From Candidatus Saccharimonadota bacterium (GTDB taxonomy: Bacteria; Patescibacteriota; Saccharimonadia; Saccharimonadales; DTSZ01): DNA of 64,000 nucleotides. A program made the position numbers and the translations under genes. Below, in pieces: positions 37,187-46,799 of the stretch. Below the pieces are notes generated by a model that worked only from the letters and a program-made list of their open reading frames with translations, was not told the DNA's origin and did not search any database. The first letter of the stretch is position 1; every line of letters starts with the position of its first letter. The DNA is taken from the NCBI GenBank assembly GCA_012965045.1, contig DTSZ01000001.1:439763-503762 (forward strand), in the 5' to 3' direction.

Positions 37187-38269
37187 TTACAGCTTACACA
37201 GTTCAATACAGTACTGATCAACGTCAGCTTGGTGCTCTTGGAAGGTGCGATTGAAGTAGGTATTACCGTCGTCTCCAGCTACAAAGTACAGAAAATCACC
37301 TTCTGCCGGGTCGGCTATAGCCTGTAGTGAACTGCGGCTAATTGCACCGATTGGCCCCGGAGGGAGCCCTGCATAAATTCGGGTGTTATATGGTGAATCG
37401 ATCGAAACGCTGTCAGCAACACCCGCAAGCTGTGAGGCGTACCTAAATGTAGGGTCGGCCCCTAGCGGCATGCCAATTTCGAGCCGTCTTAAAAATACCT
37501 GTGCAACCTGTGGTCGATCACCACTAGCTGATGACACCTCTTGCTCGATAATAGACGCCAATATAATTGCTTCGTGTAGAGTTAACCCCTGTGACTCTAT
37601 TCCAGCCCGTATAGCAGGGTCTTGTAAAACTTTAGCGGTTTCATCCAGTGCTAATCCCAATAACGCCTGTGGTGGCTGTAAATGGCCTGCAAGATAGGTG
37701 TCTGGGTATAAATAGCCTTCGAGCGTTGCGTCTTCTGGAGCATCTGCAAAAGCTGGGTGATCACTGTAATCAAGAGCCAGGGCTTGCTGAGCCTCGGCCT
37801 CGCTATAGCCAGCTGCAACAATTGCCGCTTCAACATCAAATATAGTAGAGGCCGGCACAATAGTTAGTTTTTTCTGTAACACCTTGCCTTCTACAAGACT
37901 AGAAAGTATCTCTTCCACAGATTGGCCGGAATTTAGCTCAAAAGCTCCCACTTGTAGCTTTAAATCGTTTTCAGCTTCAAAACGCAGATACCAGCGCATG
38001 GCATCGGCGCTGCGGATCAACCCCTGATCCTCCAGTTTAGTTGCCACTGCCGAAAACGTATCACCCTTTTCAACGATAAATATCTCGGTCTGGGGATTGT
38101 TATGGTCGACAGGCTCGAGGTCCGTTTTGTACGATGAGTACTGTGAATAGCCTACTACAGCCCCAATAATCGCCACTACAACAAACACCATTAGGGTAAT
38201 TTTTAACCATTTACGTGGTTTTTTTGCTGGTTGGTCCGCTACAAATAGAGGTTTTTTCGATGAAAACAC
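37187..38269 (-). CDS. mltG: Endolytic murein transglycosylase MltG (YceG-like)
   Basis: N-terminal TM anchor, a LysM-like subdomain and the conserved YceG core (ILASIIEQEV..., DSPYNTRIYAGLPPGPI). Confidence 0.9.
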   Translation of the reverse strand: MFSSKKPLFVADQPAKKPRKWLKITLMVFVVVAIIGAVVGYSQYSSYKTDLEPVDHNNPQTEIFIVEKGDTFSAVATKLEDQGLIRSADAMRWYLRFEAENDLKLQVGAFELNSGQSVEEILSSLVEGKVLQKKLTIVPASTIFDVEAAIVAAGYSEAEAQQALALDYSDHPAFADAPEDATLEGYLYPDTYLAGHLQPPQALLGLALDETAKVLQDPAIRAGIESQGLTLHEAIILASIIEQEVSSASGDRPQVAQVFLRRLEIGMPLGADPTFRYASQLAGVADSVSIDSPYNTRIYAGLPPGPIGAISRSSLQAIADPAEGDFLYFVAGDDGNTYFNRTFQEHQADVDQYCIELCKL

Positions 38270-38278
38270 TGTGGCCTC

Positions 38279-38653
38279 CTAGGCTCTTTCTAAATAATCT
38301 TGCAGTATTATAGCCGCTGCCCACGCGTCTTTGTCGGCTTTTGTCGCGCCCTTGGCGTAAGCTCTTTCGGTCGAGCTGGTTTCGTCCTGGAAAACGGTCT
38401 GAATTGAATGCTTTTCCAATACTCGCTGAAAGTCACGCACAACCTTAGTTTGATCGGTGTCTTCAGCGCTTAAATTCCGCGGCAACCCCAAGACAACTGT
38501 CGAGATTTTTTCCTCATCAATAATTTTTTGTAGTTTTGTGACCGTTTCATCGTCATTGTCGATCGTACTCAGTGGATAGGCGATTTTTACTCCACTGCGA
38601 GCAATAGCCAGCCCAATATGTTTTAGCCCGTGGTCAATCCCTAATATGTTCAC
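38279..38653 (-). CDS. ruvX: YqgF/RuvX family putative pre-16S rRNA nuclease / Holliday junction resolvase-like protein
   Basis: MNILGIDHGLKHIGLA..., VVLGLPRNLSAEDTDQT and AAAIILQDYL are typical of YqgF. Confidence 0.85.
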   Translation of the reverse strand: MNILGIDHGLKHIGLAIARSGVKIAYPLSTIDNDDETVTKLQKIIDEEKISTVVLGLPRNLSAEDTDQTKVVRDFQRVLEKHSIQTVFQDETSSTERAYAKGATKADKDAWAAAIILQDYLERA

Positions 38654-40467
38654 TCGGTGGGGTTCTCGGTTTCTGCGTCAGAAGAGGATTCATCCTGCTC
38701 AGCCTCATCTGTATCTGTTTGATCATCCTCTAAGCCAACTATTTCAATAGCTATGTTTATTTTGTCAGCACGTTTTGGCATGCCTGACGCCCAGAACGGT
38801 GACAACTCAATTTCGGCTTTTAAAATTCCGTCCAAGCCTTCGGCATAGCTAATTGCCTCGGTGTAGCCCAGTCCTTTAAGTTGTTCTTGAAGGGACGGAA
38901 TGTCTATATTTGGCCCAGCAGTGGCCGTAACTTTTATTTGCATACTTGCGACCTCTGTAGAGACATCAAGGAGTGCGTAAATAACAGAATCAATTCCAGT
39001 ATCAACCACTGTTTGTTGCTCGCTTAACTTAACCGTGACTTTATTGCTTAAAAATTCTTCGTACACCGACCGTTCAACGGCATACACCGAATAAACTGCC
39101 GTTCGCTTAATTGTGACGTTGTCGGCCTCGTCGCCAGGATTATGCGATACAACATCGTTTTCATTATCGGTAGAGATCGTTTTTTCCAGCAGCACAACAT
39201 CACCTTCAAACTGAGTTGAAAGTTCATTGGTAAGTTCGCTTATGTCGTCATCTGTTAATTTGTCGCGGGCTGTTTGTATGTCGTCTTCGGTGACGGTGCG
39301 AATAATATCGTTAGTTCCACCGCTCATAGCGTCACCATTTATAAGGAGATTGTCGTTTTGGTCGGTGGAGAAATTGACAATTGTGTACGGGTCACCATCA
39401 AAATCATTGCTAGAAGTTCCGGCGATGTTGTAGTTGTCGCCGGCTTGTTCGGCAATAACCTCGACAGAAGCTGTTCCTGGCTCGTCGCAGGTAGCACTAA
39501 AAAAGACTACGTCAAAATCACCACCAGGCACCGTTACTTTTTTAGTAGTTTTATATATTAAGCCAGATGAATGTTGAATGCGTGTACCTGCAGACAAAGT
39601 GAACGAATTAGACTGCATGCAGTTTTCGATAGTGATTTCACCGGTAGCCTGCTCGCCTATGTTTTTTTCTCCAGTTGTTGGTGCGCTTACTTCTTGAGTG
39701 GCTTCTACCGACTTACGCTGAGCTGGAATTATGTTTGAGGTTAGATCAATTTCACTAACACTAGTAGAAAAGCGAACTTCTTCGTCCAAGATTATTGAGC
39801 TGGTTTGACCGCGAAGGCTAACCTGCGCTTCAGGTACGTTATTTACAGCCCACGCGCCGCCGCCAAAAATCAATACAATCGCCAATAATCCTAAAATCAC
39901 TCGTTTTCTGAATTGCTCAAAATTAGGCAGTTGTTTCTCTTTTTTAATTGGCTTGAGTTTTTTAAATTTCTCTTTCAAAGACAGTTTTTCAGTTGTTTCT
40001 GTGTCGGCTTCGTCTATTTGTTCAACCTCTTCGTCATCTTGTTGGTCAGTTGCTCTGTTTTTCGCTGTTTTCTTAGGTGCTGCAGTACTGGCTTTTTCGC
40101 TAGTTGAAACAGTTTTTTCTTGTATCACTTCTTTTGACACTTCAACTTCACTGGCCTCAATCACATCACTTGGAAGGTCAACGCTATTTGTAGTCGCCGG
40201 AACCTCTGGTTGAGTTGTTAGATTTTTAGCAACATATACGCCCAAGCCACCCGCTAGATTACGCAATGTTTCATCGGTAGTTATAAGTACAAGTTGCTTC
40301 TTATTAGTTTCACTGGCTTTTTTAAGGAGCTTTAAGTTAACGACACTGGCCAGCATACTGGAACGTTTAGGTGGCACAAGGGCAACAATCTTACTCTTTG
40401 ACTTCTTAAACTTAGAAATCGCAGAAGTAATGTCGTCTTCAATATCGAGATAAATTACATCTTTCAT
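38650..40467 (-). CDS. Hypothetical bitopic membrane protein (605 aa) between ftsA-like and ruvX
   Basis: Cytoplasmic N-domain (about 90 aa), charged linker, one TM helix (VILGLLAIVLIFGGGAWAV), about 380 aa outside and an acidic tail. The ATG follows the ftsA-like stop directly (TAAATG) and the gene overlaps ruvX by 4 nt. Confidence 0.7.
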   Translation of the reverse strand: MKDVIYLDIEDDITSAISKFKKSKSKIVALVPPKRSSMLASVVNLKLLKKASETNKKQLVLITTDETLRNLAGGLGVYVAKNLTTQPEVPATTNSVDLPSDVIEASEVEVSKEVIQEKTVSTSEKASTAAPKKTAKNRATDQQDDEEVEQIDEADTETTEKLSLKEKFKKLKPIKKEKQLPNFEQFRKRVILGLLAIVLIFGGGAWAVNNVPEAQVSLRGQTSSIILDEEVRFSTSVSEIDLTSNIIPAQRKSVEATQEVSAPTTGEKNIGEQATGEITIENCMQSNSFTLSAGTRIQHSSGLIYKTTKKVTVPGGDFDVVFFSATCDEPGTASVEVIAEQAGDNYNIAGTSSNDFDGDPYTIVNFSTDQNDNLLINGDAMSGGTNDIIRTVTEDDIQTARDKLTDDDISELTNELSTQFEGDVVLLEKTISTDNENDVVSHNPGDEADNVTIKRTAVYSVYAVERSVYEEFLSNKVTVKLSEQQTVVDTGIDSVIYALLDVSTEVASMQIKVTATAGPNIDIPSLQEQLKGLGYTEAISYAEGLDGILKAEIELSPFWASGMPKRADKINIAIEIVGLEDDQTDTDEAEQDESSSDAETENPTE

Positions 40468-41736
40468 TTAAACCCTTAACAGTGCATTTAATTTGTCGCG
40501 CCACGTCTGATTAGTGTCTGTGGTCTGCAAAGTATCATACCCGATTTTCAGTAATCCCATAGCCGTAATCATGGTGTGGTCTTTTACTTGCCCAGTTGCA
40601 TCAACAACATCAGTAACTTCATCTGGATTAATAAGCTTTACCACAGGTTGGCGCGTAAACGGCAGGTCATTGTGCCAATCTTGGCTATTGAGCCGCTTCA
40701 ACAGAGGTTTGAGCCCGGCTCCACCACCACAAAGCAGTACTCGCGGTGGTAAATGATCTAAACTATCAAATTCACTTAATGCCAGCACCACGCCGTCAAT
40801 CCACACATCCAACACTTGTTCGAGCGCTTCGTTGACTCTGTTAGCGGTTTTAGATTTTTCTTCTACCTGGTTACTGCGCAGCTTCATGGCTTCGGCTTTT
40901 TCAAAATCTATGTCAAATTCGTGGGCGATGGCATTAGTAAAGCTCCGTCCACCGATCCCAAACATTTTTGTACCCTCAACGCCGCCGTCGTTTACCACGG
41001 CAATGTCTGTAGTGCCGCCACCGACATCAATTAAAATCGCGCTAAAGTTGTTGTCTGCTTCGGACTTAGTTACTGATCGGGCCACAGCATACGGCTCAGC
41101 ACTGAGCGACAATAATGCAAGATCAAGCTCGTCAGACACTCGTTCTAAAGCCCCAATATGAACCATCGGGGCAAAGGCCGTGAACAACTGAATGGCAACA
41201 TCGCCGCCTTGAAACCCAATCGGGTTGGTCACTTTATAACCATCGACGTTTACATTTACCAACGCACTGTTGACTAAACGGATTTCTAACTCTTTATTGC
41301 CAGATTCCCACGCGAGTTGGGCCCGAGTCCGCGCTGCTGCTCGGTCACGGATTTTTTGCATTATGCCTTCAAGTTCTTCAATTTCTAGGGCAGTCTTAGC
41401 ATCTTTTCGCCGGTATTTAATAGTAGTGGTGCCACCTTTAACAAGCTCACCAGCAAGACCCAGCACCGCACTACGCGGACTAGCCTCGGCCATATCTTCG
41501 GCTTTTTGTAGGGCTTTTTCGCAGTTTTCTACAACTCCAGCAATATCGGCAATCGCTCCACTATGCATGTCGCTAAGTTTTTGGTGCTGTCGACCAACAC
41601 CAACTACCTCAATGCGGTCGTCTTCGACTTTACCAATAAGAGCTTTCACAAACTCAGTACCGACGTCTAAGGCAACGATGTATTCGTGTGTATCTTCGGT
41701 TTTTTTACCAACAACAGATTTAACTTTATTAAGCAT
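40468..41736 (-). CDS. ftsA: Actin-like ATPase of the FtsA family
   Basis: Phosphate-1 motif ALDVGTEFVKALIG, the FtsA-type inserted subdomain (VDGYKVTNPIGFQGG), DVGGGTTDIAV and CGGGAGL. Confidence 0.75.
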   Translation of the reverse strand: MLNKVKSVVGKKTEDTHEYIVALDVGTEFVKALIGKVEDDRIEVVGVGRQHQKLSDMHSGAIADIAGVVENCEKALQKAEDMAEASPRSAVLGLAGELVKGGTTTIKYRRKDAKTALEIEELEGIMQKIRDRAAARTRAQLAWESGNKELEIRLVNSALVNVNVDGYKVTNPIGFQGGDVAIQLFTAFAPMVHIGALERVSDELDLALLSLSAEPYAVARSVTKSEADNNFSAILIDVGGGTTDIAVVNDGGVEGTKMFGIGGRSFTNAIAHEFDIDFEKAEAMKLRSNQVEEKSKTANRVNEALEQVLDVWIDGVVLALSEFDSLDHLPPRVLLCGGGAGLKPLLKRLNSQDWHNDLPFTRQPVVKLINPDEVTDVVDATGQVKDHTMITAMGLLKIGYDTLQTTDTNQTWRDKLNALLRV

Positions 41737-41790
41737 ATACGGATTTAATTGTAACGCTTATTTCGTTTAGGAGCTAGCAACAAAAAACCT

Positions 41791-41820
41791 TTTACGTACC
41801 CCAACAAGCAATGCTAGAAT
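41791..41820 (+). promoter_or_regulatory. Possible promoter TTTACG-18 nt-TAGAAT for the beta-helix surface protein gene
   Basis: Hexamers at 41791-41796 and 41815-41820, 25 nt upstream of the ATG at 41845. Confidence 0.3.
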
Positions 41821-41844
41821 AAGCCTGTTACTAAAAAACAAAAA

Positions 41845-44454
41845 ATGCCAAACATTAAAACACTTTTTTTTACATCTGCGTTTATTGCTGTGTCTGTACT
41901 GGGCCTAGCTCACACCTTTAATAACACCGGTCATTCGGTGGTTAGTTGTGACGTCGTTGTTACTACCAGTGATGATTTAGATGCCTTGGCAGATGCAAAC
42001 CCAGAGAATACGGTGTTTTGTATCGAAGCCGGCATCCACTACGAGACTTCTGTTACTCCTAAAAGTGGCCAACAATTTATTGGAGACTATGGGGCTGTAC
42101 TGTCCGGGGCGCGGGTATTAGACCCTGTTGCTGCCATAGATACCTCCGGTGTGGGTTCTGGCCCATGGTATTGGACGGGTCAAACCCAAGCTGGCATGCA
42201 GCATGGAAGCATAAAAAGCGGCGGTAATCCCATGGACCGCTATCCTGAAGACGTTTTTGTCGACAACACTACGTGGCTGACCCAAGTCGACTCGCTTGCT
42301 AATTTAGACCAAAGCGGTGAATGGTACTTTGATTATGCCGCTGACCGAATATACCTTTATGATGATCCTTCTAGCTTTAGCCTGATTGAAACCAGCGTTG
42401 AAGATACTGCAATCGCCCCTGTTTGGTGGGAGTACGCCGATGCTTCAGAGTTCCCAGATGACGTGGTTGTTGACAACCTAGTTATCGAAAAATACGCCAA
42501 CCCAGCGCAATTCGGTGCTATTGGAGCTCAGTCGTATGGACCAGCCGGAAACGGAAGTGATAGCTGGCAAATTCGTAATGTTGAAAGCCGCTATAACCAC
42601 GGCTGCGGTATTCGAATTGTTAACGGCGGCTTGTTAGAAAATAGCTCTATTCACAATAATGGACAAATTGGAGTCTGTGGCAGCGGTGAAAGTGACGAAG
42701 GTGCCATGCCGATGACAATGCGTAATAATAACGTGTTCGAAAACCTCGTGCTTGATTTTAGCTGGGGCTGGGAGGGTGGCGCTATGAAATTTAGCCTTAC
42801 CGACGGCATGACAGTTGAAAACAACTGGGTGCACGACAACGCTGGCCCTGGCATTTGGTATGACATCAATAACTACAATGCAGTCATCGAATCGAACCTG
42901 GTTGAAGACAACGAAGAACAAGGCATATTCTACGAAATCTCTTATGGCCCAGCTTTAATAACCTGTAACCAGTCCCTTAATAACGGTGTCGGTGCTATAG
43001 GCGACAACGGAGCTGGAGTATTTATTAGTAGCTCCGACGGTGACAGCGGTGAAATTGTTATTAGGGACAACCTTATTGATGGCAATAAGTGGGGCATTCT
43101 TATGCACAGCGAATTGCTTAATAACGGTCGCTACGACGATTTAAATGGCAACGGCTCAAGAGACCCTGGTGAACCATATTACGAAGTTGATAAGCTCAAT
43201 ATTCAGAACAACGAAATTGGCGCAGTTAATGACTACTGGTTGATTCACCTGCGGACTAATCAAACCTCTATAGCTACCGGACAACCAACAACCTACACCA
43301 TAGATAATAATGTTTATTACACCGACGAGGGCGGGGCTGGGGCAGGCTCTAGTGATGACGACTGGCTGTTTAGATACAACACCGAGCCAGATTCTTCCAA
43401 CCCCCTAAATTTTTATAATTTTGTCGAATGGCAAACGAACACCGAAGAATACGGTGGCTTTGATGCTAATAGCACCAACCTAGACTCAGACCTTCAAAGC
43501 CCAAGTTTACCGGCTAGCTGCCTAAGTCCATTTACGCCGTCTACCTATGGACCTGTAAACACTAATCCAACTGTTGCCATTAGTTCACCTGCAAATGGCT
43601 CAACCGTAACAGACACTGTTACGGTTAGTGCAACTGCCGATGACGATTTTCAAATCGACCGAGTAGAGTTCACTTTCGACGGCAGCTTGATTGCTACAGA
43701 CACCGCGGCGCCATACTCATTCGACCTAAACACCACGTTGTATGCAGACGGCAGCTACCCACTCCAGGCCGAAGTCTTTGACAGTTTAGGTAACAGTACG
43801 ACCGACTCTATATCTATGACGATTGCGAATGCCGACACTACCGATCCGACCGTCAGCATCACCAGCCCCAACAATAACGCCAAACTAACCACGACTACGT
43901 CTATAACAGCTAATGCCAGTGACGATGTGGCTGTAGACCGGGTTGAGTTTACAATAAATGGTTCGCTTCTAGCCTCAGACACGACTGCTCCGTATTCTGC
44001 CAGCTTGAATCCAGCTAACTACAACAACATCAATTACACCCTAACTGCTACGGCTTATGACAGTTCTGGCAATTCAAGCGTTGACGCAATTACTGTACAA
44101 ATCGCCAACGTAACTGCAGGCGACGACGAGGAACAAGATTCTAATAACAACAGTGGCGACACAAGCAGTGACCAGCCAACCAATAGCGATGACGAATCAG
44201 AAAATACAGACGAAACAGAAGCCGACCAATCTGATGCCAGCGAACTCCAAGACGAAACCACGCCAGCTACACCTGTGGACCAACCATTCAATAACAGTCC
44301 GTCACCATCACCTAATCAACAAAATGTAGAACCAGAAGAACCAGCCACCTTTCTTGGTATAGAGCTAACCCCACCGATTATTATTAGCTTCACAGCTGTA
44401 CCAATAACACTCGGTGTTGTTGGGCTCTTTATCCGCCGGATTATATTACCCTAG
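41845..44454 (+). CDS. Secreted right-handed beta-helix protein with two Ig-like repeats, an acidic linker and a C-terminal TM anchor (869 aa)
   Basis: Signal/anchor at the N-terminus. PbH1-like repeats (NLVIEKYAN..., IRIVNGGLLENSSIHNNGQIG, VENNWVHDNAGPGIWYD, SNLVEDNEEQGIFYE). Tandem repeats of about 90 aa (PTVAISSPANGSTV...DRVEFTFDGSLIATDTAAPYSF and PTVSITSPNNNAKL...DRVEFTINGSLLASDTTAPYSA). C-terminal IISFTAVPITLGVVGLFIRR. Confidence 0.8.
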   Translation: MPNIKTLFFTSAFIAVSVLGLAHTFNNTGHSVVSCDVVVTTSDDLDALADANPENTVFCIEAGIHYETSVTPKSGQQFIGDYGAVLSGARVLDPVAAIDTSGVGSGPWYWTGQTQAGMQHGSIKSGGNPMDRYPEDVFVDNTTWLTQVDSLANLDQSGEWYFDYAADRIYLYDDPSSFSLIETSVEDTAIAPVWWEYADASEFPDDVVVDNLVIEKYANPAQFGAIGAQSYGPAGNGSDSWQIRNVESRYNHGCGIRIVNGGLLENSSIHNNGQIGVCGSGESDEGAMPMTMRNNNVFENLVLDFSWGWEGGAMKFSLTDGMTVENNWVHDNAGPGIWYDINNYNAVIESNLVEDNEEQGIFYEISYGPALITCNQSLNNGVGAIGDNGAGVFISSSDGDSGEIVIRDNLIDGNKWGILMHSELLNNGRYDDLNGNGSRDPGEPYYEVDKLNIQNNEIGAVNDYWLIHLRTNQTSIATGQPTTYTIDNNVYYTDEGGAGAGSSDDDWLFRYNTEPDSSNPLNFYNFVEWQTNTEEYGGFDANSTNLDSDLQSPSLPASCLSPFTPSTYGPVNTNPTVAISSPANGSTVTDTVTVSATADDDFQIDRVEFTFDGSLIATDTAAPYSFDLNTTLYADGSYPLQAEVFDSLGNSTTDSISMTIANADTTDPTVSITSPNNNAKLTTTTSITANASDDVAVDRVEFTINGSLLASDTTAPYSASLNPANYNNINYTLTATAYDSSGNSSVDAITVQIANVTAGDDEEQDSNNNSGDTSSDQPTNSDDESENTDETEADQSDASELQDETTPATPVDQPFNNSPSPSPNQQNVEPEEPATFLGIELTPPIIISFTAVPITLGVVGLFIRRIILP

Positions 44455-44869
44455 TAGTAGAACTTGTTTTTTCTGGGTAATATCGAGCGGTAGTCTGTGG
44501 TCCCAGTACTCTTGTATCAAGACTTTTTGTTGAAGAAACTATATGTAAGTTACTTCTATTTGCATAAGATCCAACATACAACCCTAGTGCTACGACAAAT
44601 TCTTTAGAGAACGCTGGAAAACACGGGTCAATAACCACGCCATCTTCTGTTTCTGCCCAGACATGTTGATGATCATAAAACGATATATTCCCTATCTCCA
44701 CAGTACCTCTTTTTTGCACAGCCAATACACCTGCGTTGCCCATGAGTTTAATTACTTCAGGAACTACCGCTCTGGATCTAAACACGCTCAGCCCCCCGTC
44801 GCTGAGTTCATGCTCAAGATATTCAGTAACCTCTCGTGGTTGACCAGAAGCTATGGCCTCAACACTCAT
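44441..44869 (-). CDS. Hypothetical protein (142 aa) coupled to alaS
   Basis: The ATG overlaps the alaS stop by 4 nt (ATGA). No motif recognised. Confidence 0.5.
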   Translation of the reverse strand: MSVEAIASGQPREVTEYLEHELSDGGLSVFRSRAVVPEVIKLMGNAGVLAVQKRGTVEIGNISFYDHQHVWAETEDGVVIDPCFPAFSKEFVVALGLYVGSYANRSNLHIVSSTKSLDTRVLGPQTTARYYPEKTSSTTRVI

Positions 44870-46746
44870 CGTAGGACTGCTTTTATTCTCCGCACCCCAG
44901 CAGACGAACTCTGCTCTTTAGTAATTTTAAATACCTTACCGTCTTCTGCTAGCTGCCCCGTATGTTCTACATGTGGACCGCCGCAAATTTCAAAACTATA
45001 GGCTTTTCCTGATTGGTCTTTCATTGAATACACCTTAACAGTGTCGCCATATTTGTCGCCAAATGCTCCGTATGCGCCCTGTGCGATTGCTTCGTCGGTT
45101 GGCAGCTCTTCAAAACTAACGTCTAAATCCATGGCAATTTTTTCGTTCACAAAGTCTTCGACTTGTTTAATCTGTTCAGGGGTCATTTTTTCTGGGTGCT
45201 CAAAATCAAATCGCATGCGCTCACCGGTGATGTTGCTGCCTCGTTGCAAAACATGATCACCCAATACTTCGCGCAGCGCACGGTATGTTAAGTGCGTAGC
45301 GGTGTGATATTTTTTATGAATTACATCATCACCGCCAAGCCCACCTTTGAACTGGCCTTTAGTGGCTGTGCGAGACCGGTCTTTTTGCTCTTTCATTAGT
45401 TGCTCAAATTCTTTCTGCCAGTTTTCTGCTACTTCAATTTCCTGATTTTGGGCTTCTTCAAGACTCAACTCCACAGGAAAACCATAGGTGTCATACAACT
45501 TAAATGCTACTTCGCCGTTAAAACCATCTGTACTTAGTTTTTTTAGCTCTTTCACACCTTTGCGAAGGGTCTGCCGAAACGTAGTTTCTTCTTTCGTGAG
45601 CCCAGCTAGAACCGCGTCTTTTCTATCGGTGAATTCGCTAAAGTCTGCTTCGTAAACCTCAAACACCGTCGGCAGTATGTTCTGCATAAGATCTCGCTCT
45701 ATGCCAAGCTCCAAGGCAAAGCGAATTGCTCGTCTACACAAACGTCGAACCACATAGCCTTGTTCGTTGTTACTTGGCATGGTTCCATCCACCGCAAGCC
45801 AGGTAGCAGCTCGCAAGTGGTCAGCAATAACCCGCATTGGCTGTTTGTTATCGCTATAGGTTCTACCAGACATTTTTTCGATCTGCTCAATAATCGGCTT
45901 AAGTAGACTTATTTCAAATACATCAGGATTGTCTAATACCGCTGCAGTAATCCGTTCCAATCCAGAACCATGATCGATATTTTTGTTGGCAAGTGGCTCT
46001 ACGCCGTCTTTGGTTTTACGGTAAGCCATAAAAACATTATTACCCAGTTCAAAAAACCGTTGGCTATCACTGGCTGGGTGCGGTTTACCCCATACTGATT
46101 CGTCGTGATATTGCTCGCCAAAATCAAAAAACATTTCGCTGTCTGGGCCGCATGGGTCACCAATAGGCGTATTTTCTTCGTTGCCACCACGACTCCACCA
46201 GTTTTCGTTTCCGTCGTATAAGAATATTCGGCCACCCTGCATGCCAACTTTGTCGCCGTTTTCGGCACTGCCAATCTCTACAACTTTTGCGTCTATGCCG
46301 CGTTTGGCAAATTCTGCTTTCCACAACTCTATTGCTTCATCGTCGCGGGGTATACCCAGCTTTTCATTACCTATGTAACAGCTGACGTAAAAGCGATTAA
46401 TATCAAGGCCAATCTCGTCAAAAAAGAATTCACTTATCCATTCAATCTGCTCTTTTTTAAAGTATTCACCCAACGACCAGTTGCCGAGCATTTCAAAAAA
46501 GGTAGTATGGCTGTCGTCGCCAACTTCGTCGATGTCTTCTGCGCGCAAACAGGTTTGGCTGTCTACCAACTTGGTACCACTTGGGTGTTCCTCACCTAAT
46601 AGGTAGGGAACCAATGGTTGCATGCCGCTGCCAGTAAACAGTGTCGTGGCATCTTCATGTGGCACTAAATTAGCCCGTGGAATCACTGTATGGCCACGTT
46701 GCTTAAAAAACTCCAAATATTTTCGTCTAATTTCTTGTGCAGTCAT
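44866..46746 (-). CDS. alaS: Alanine--tRNA ligase, short form (626 aa) lacking the C-terminal C-Ala/oligomerisation region
   Basis: Class II catalytic core (FTGSGMQP, FEMLGNWS), tRNA-recognition region and editing-domain metal motifs (HTATHL..., CGGPHV). The ORF ends soon after the editing domain. Confidence 0.9.
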   Translation of the reverse strand: MTAQEIRRKYLEFFKQRGHTVIPRANLVPHEDATTLFTGSGMQPLVPYLLGEEHPSGTKLVDSQTCLRAEDIDEVGDDSHTTFFEMLGNWSLGEYFKKEQIEWISEFFFDEIGLDINRFYVSCYIGNEKLGIPRDDEAIELWKAEFAKRGIDAKVVEIGSAENGDKVGMQGGRIFLYDGNENWWSRGGNEENTPIGDPCGPDSEMFFDFGEQYHDESVWGKPHPASDSQRFFELGNNVFMAYRKTKDGVEPLANKNIDHGSGLERITAAVLDNPDVFEISLLKPIIEQIEKMSGRTYSDNKQPMRVIADHLRAATWLAVDGTMPSNNEQGYVVRRLCRRAIRFALELGIERDLMQNILPTVFEVYEADFSEFTDRKDAVLAGLTKEETTFRQTLRKGVKELKKLSTDGFNGEVAFKLYDTYGFPVELSLEEAQNQEIEVAENWQKEFEQLMKEQKDRSRTATKGQFKGGLGGDDVIHKKYHTATHLTYRALREVLGDHVLQRGSNITGERMRFDFEHPEKMTPEQIKQVEDFVNEKIAMDLDVSFEELPTDEAIAQGAYGAFGDKYGDTVKVYSMKDQSGKAYSFEICGGPHVEHTGQLAEDGKVFKITKEQSSSAGVRRIKAVLR

Positions 46747-46799
46747 GGAGGGAATTGTAACAGATTACACCCTTTGAAAAAATGACCCTCTGTGTTGTT

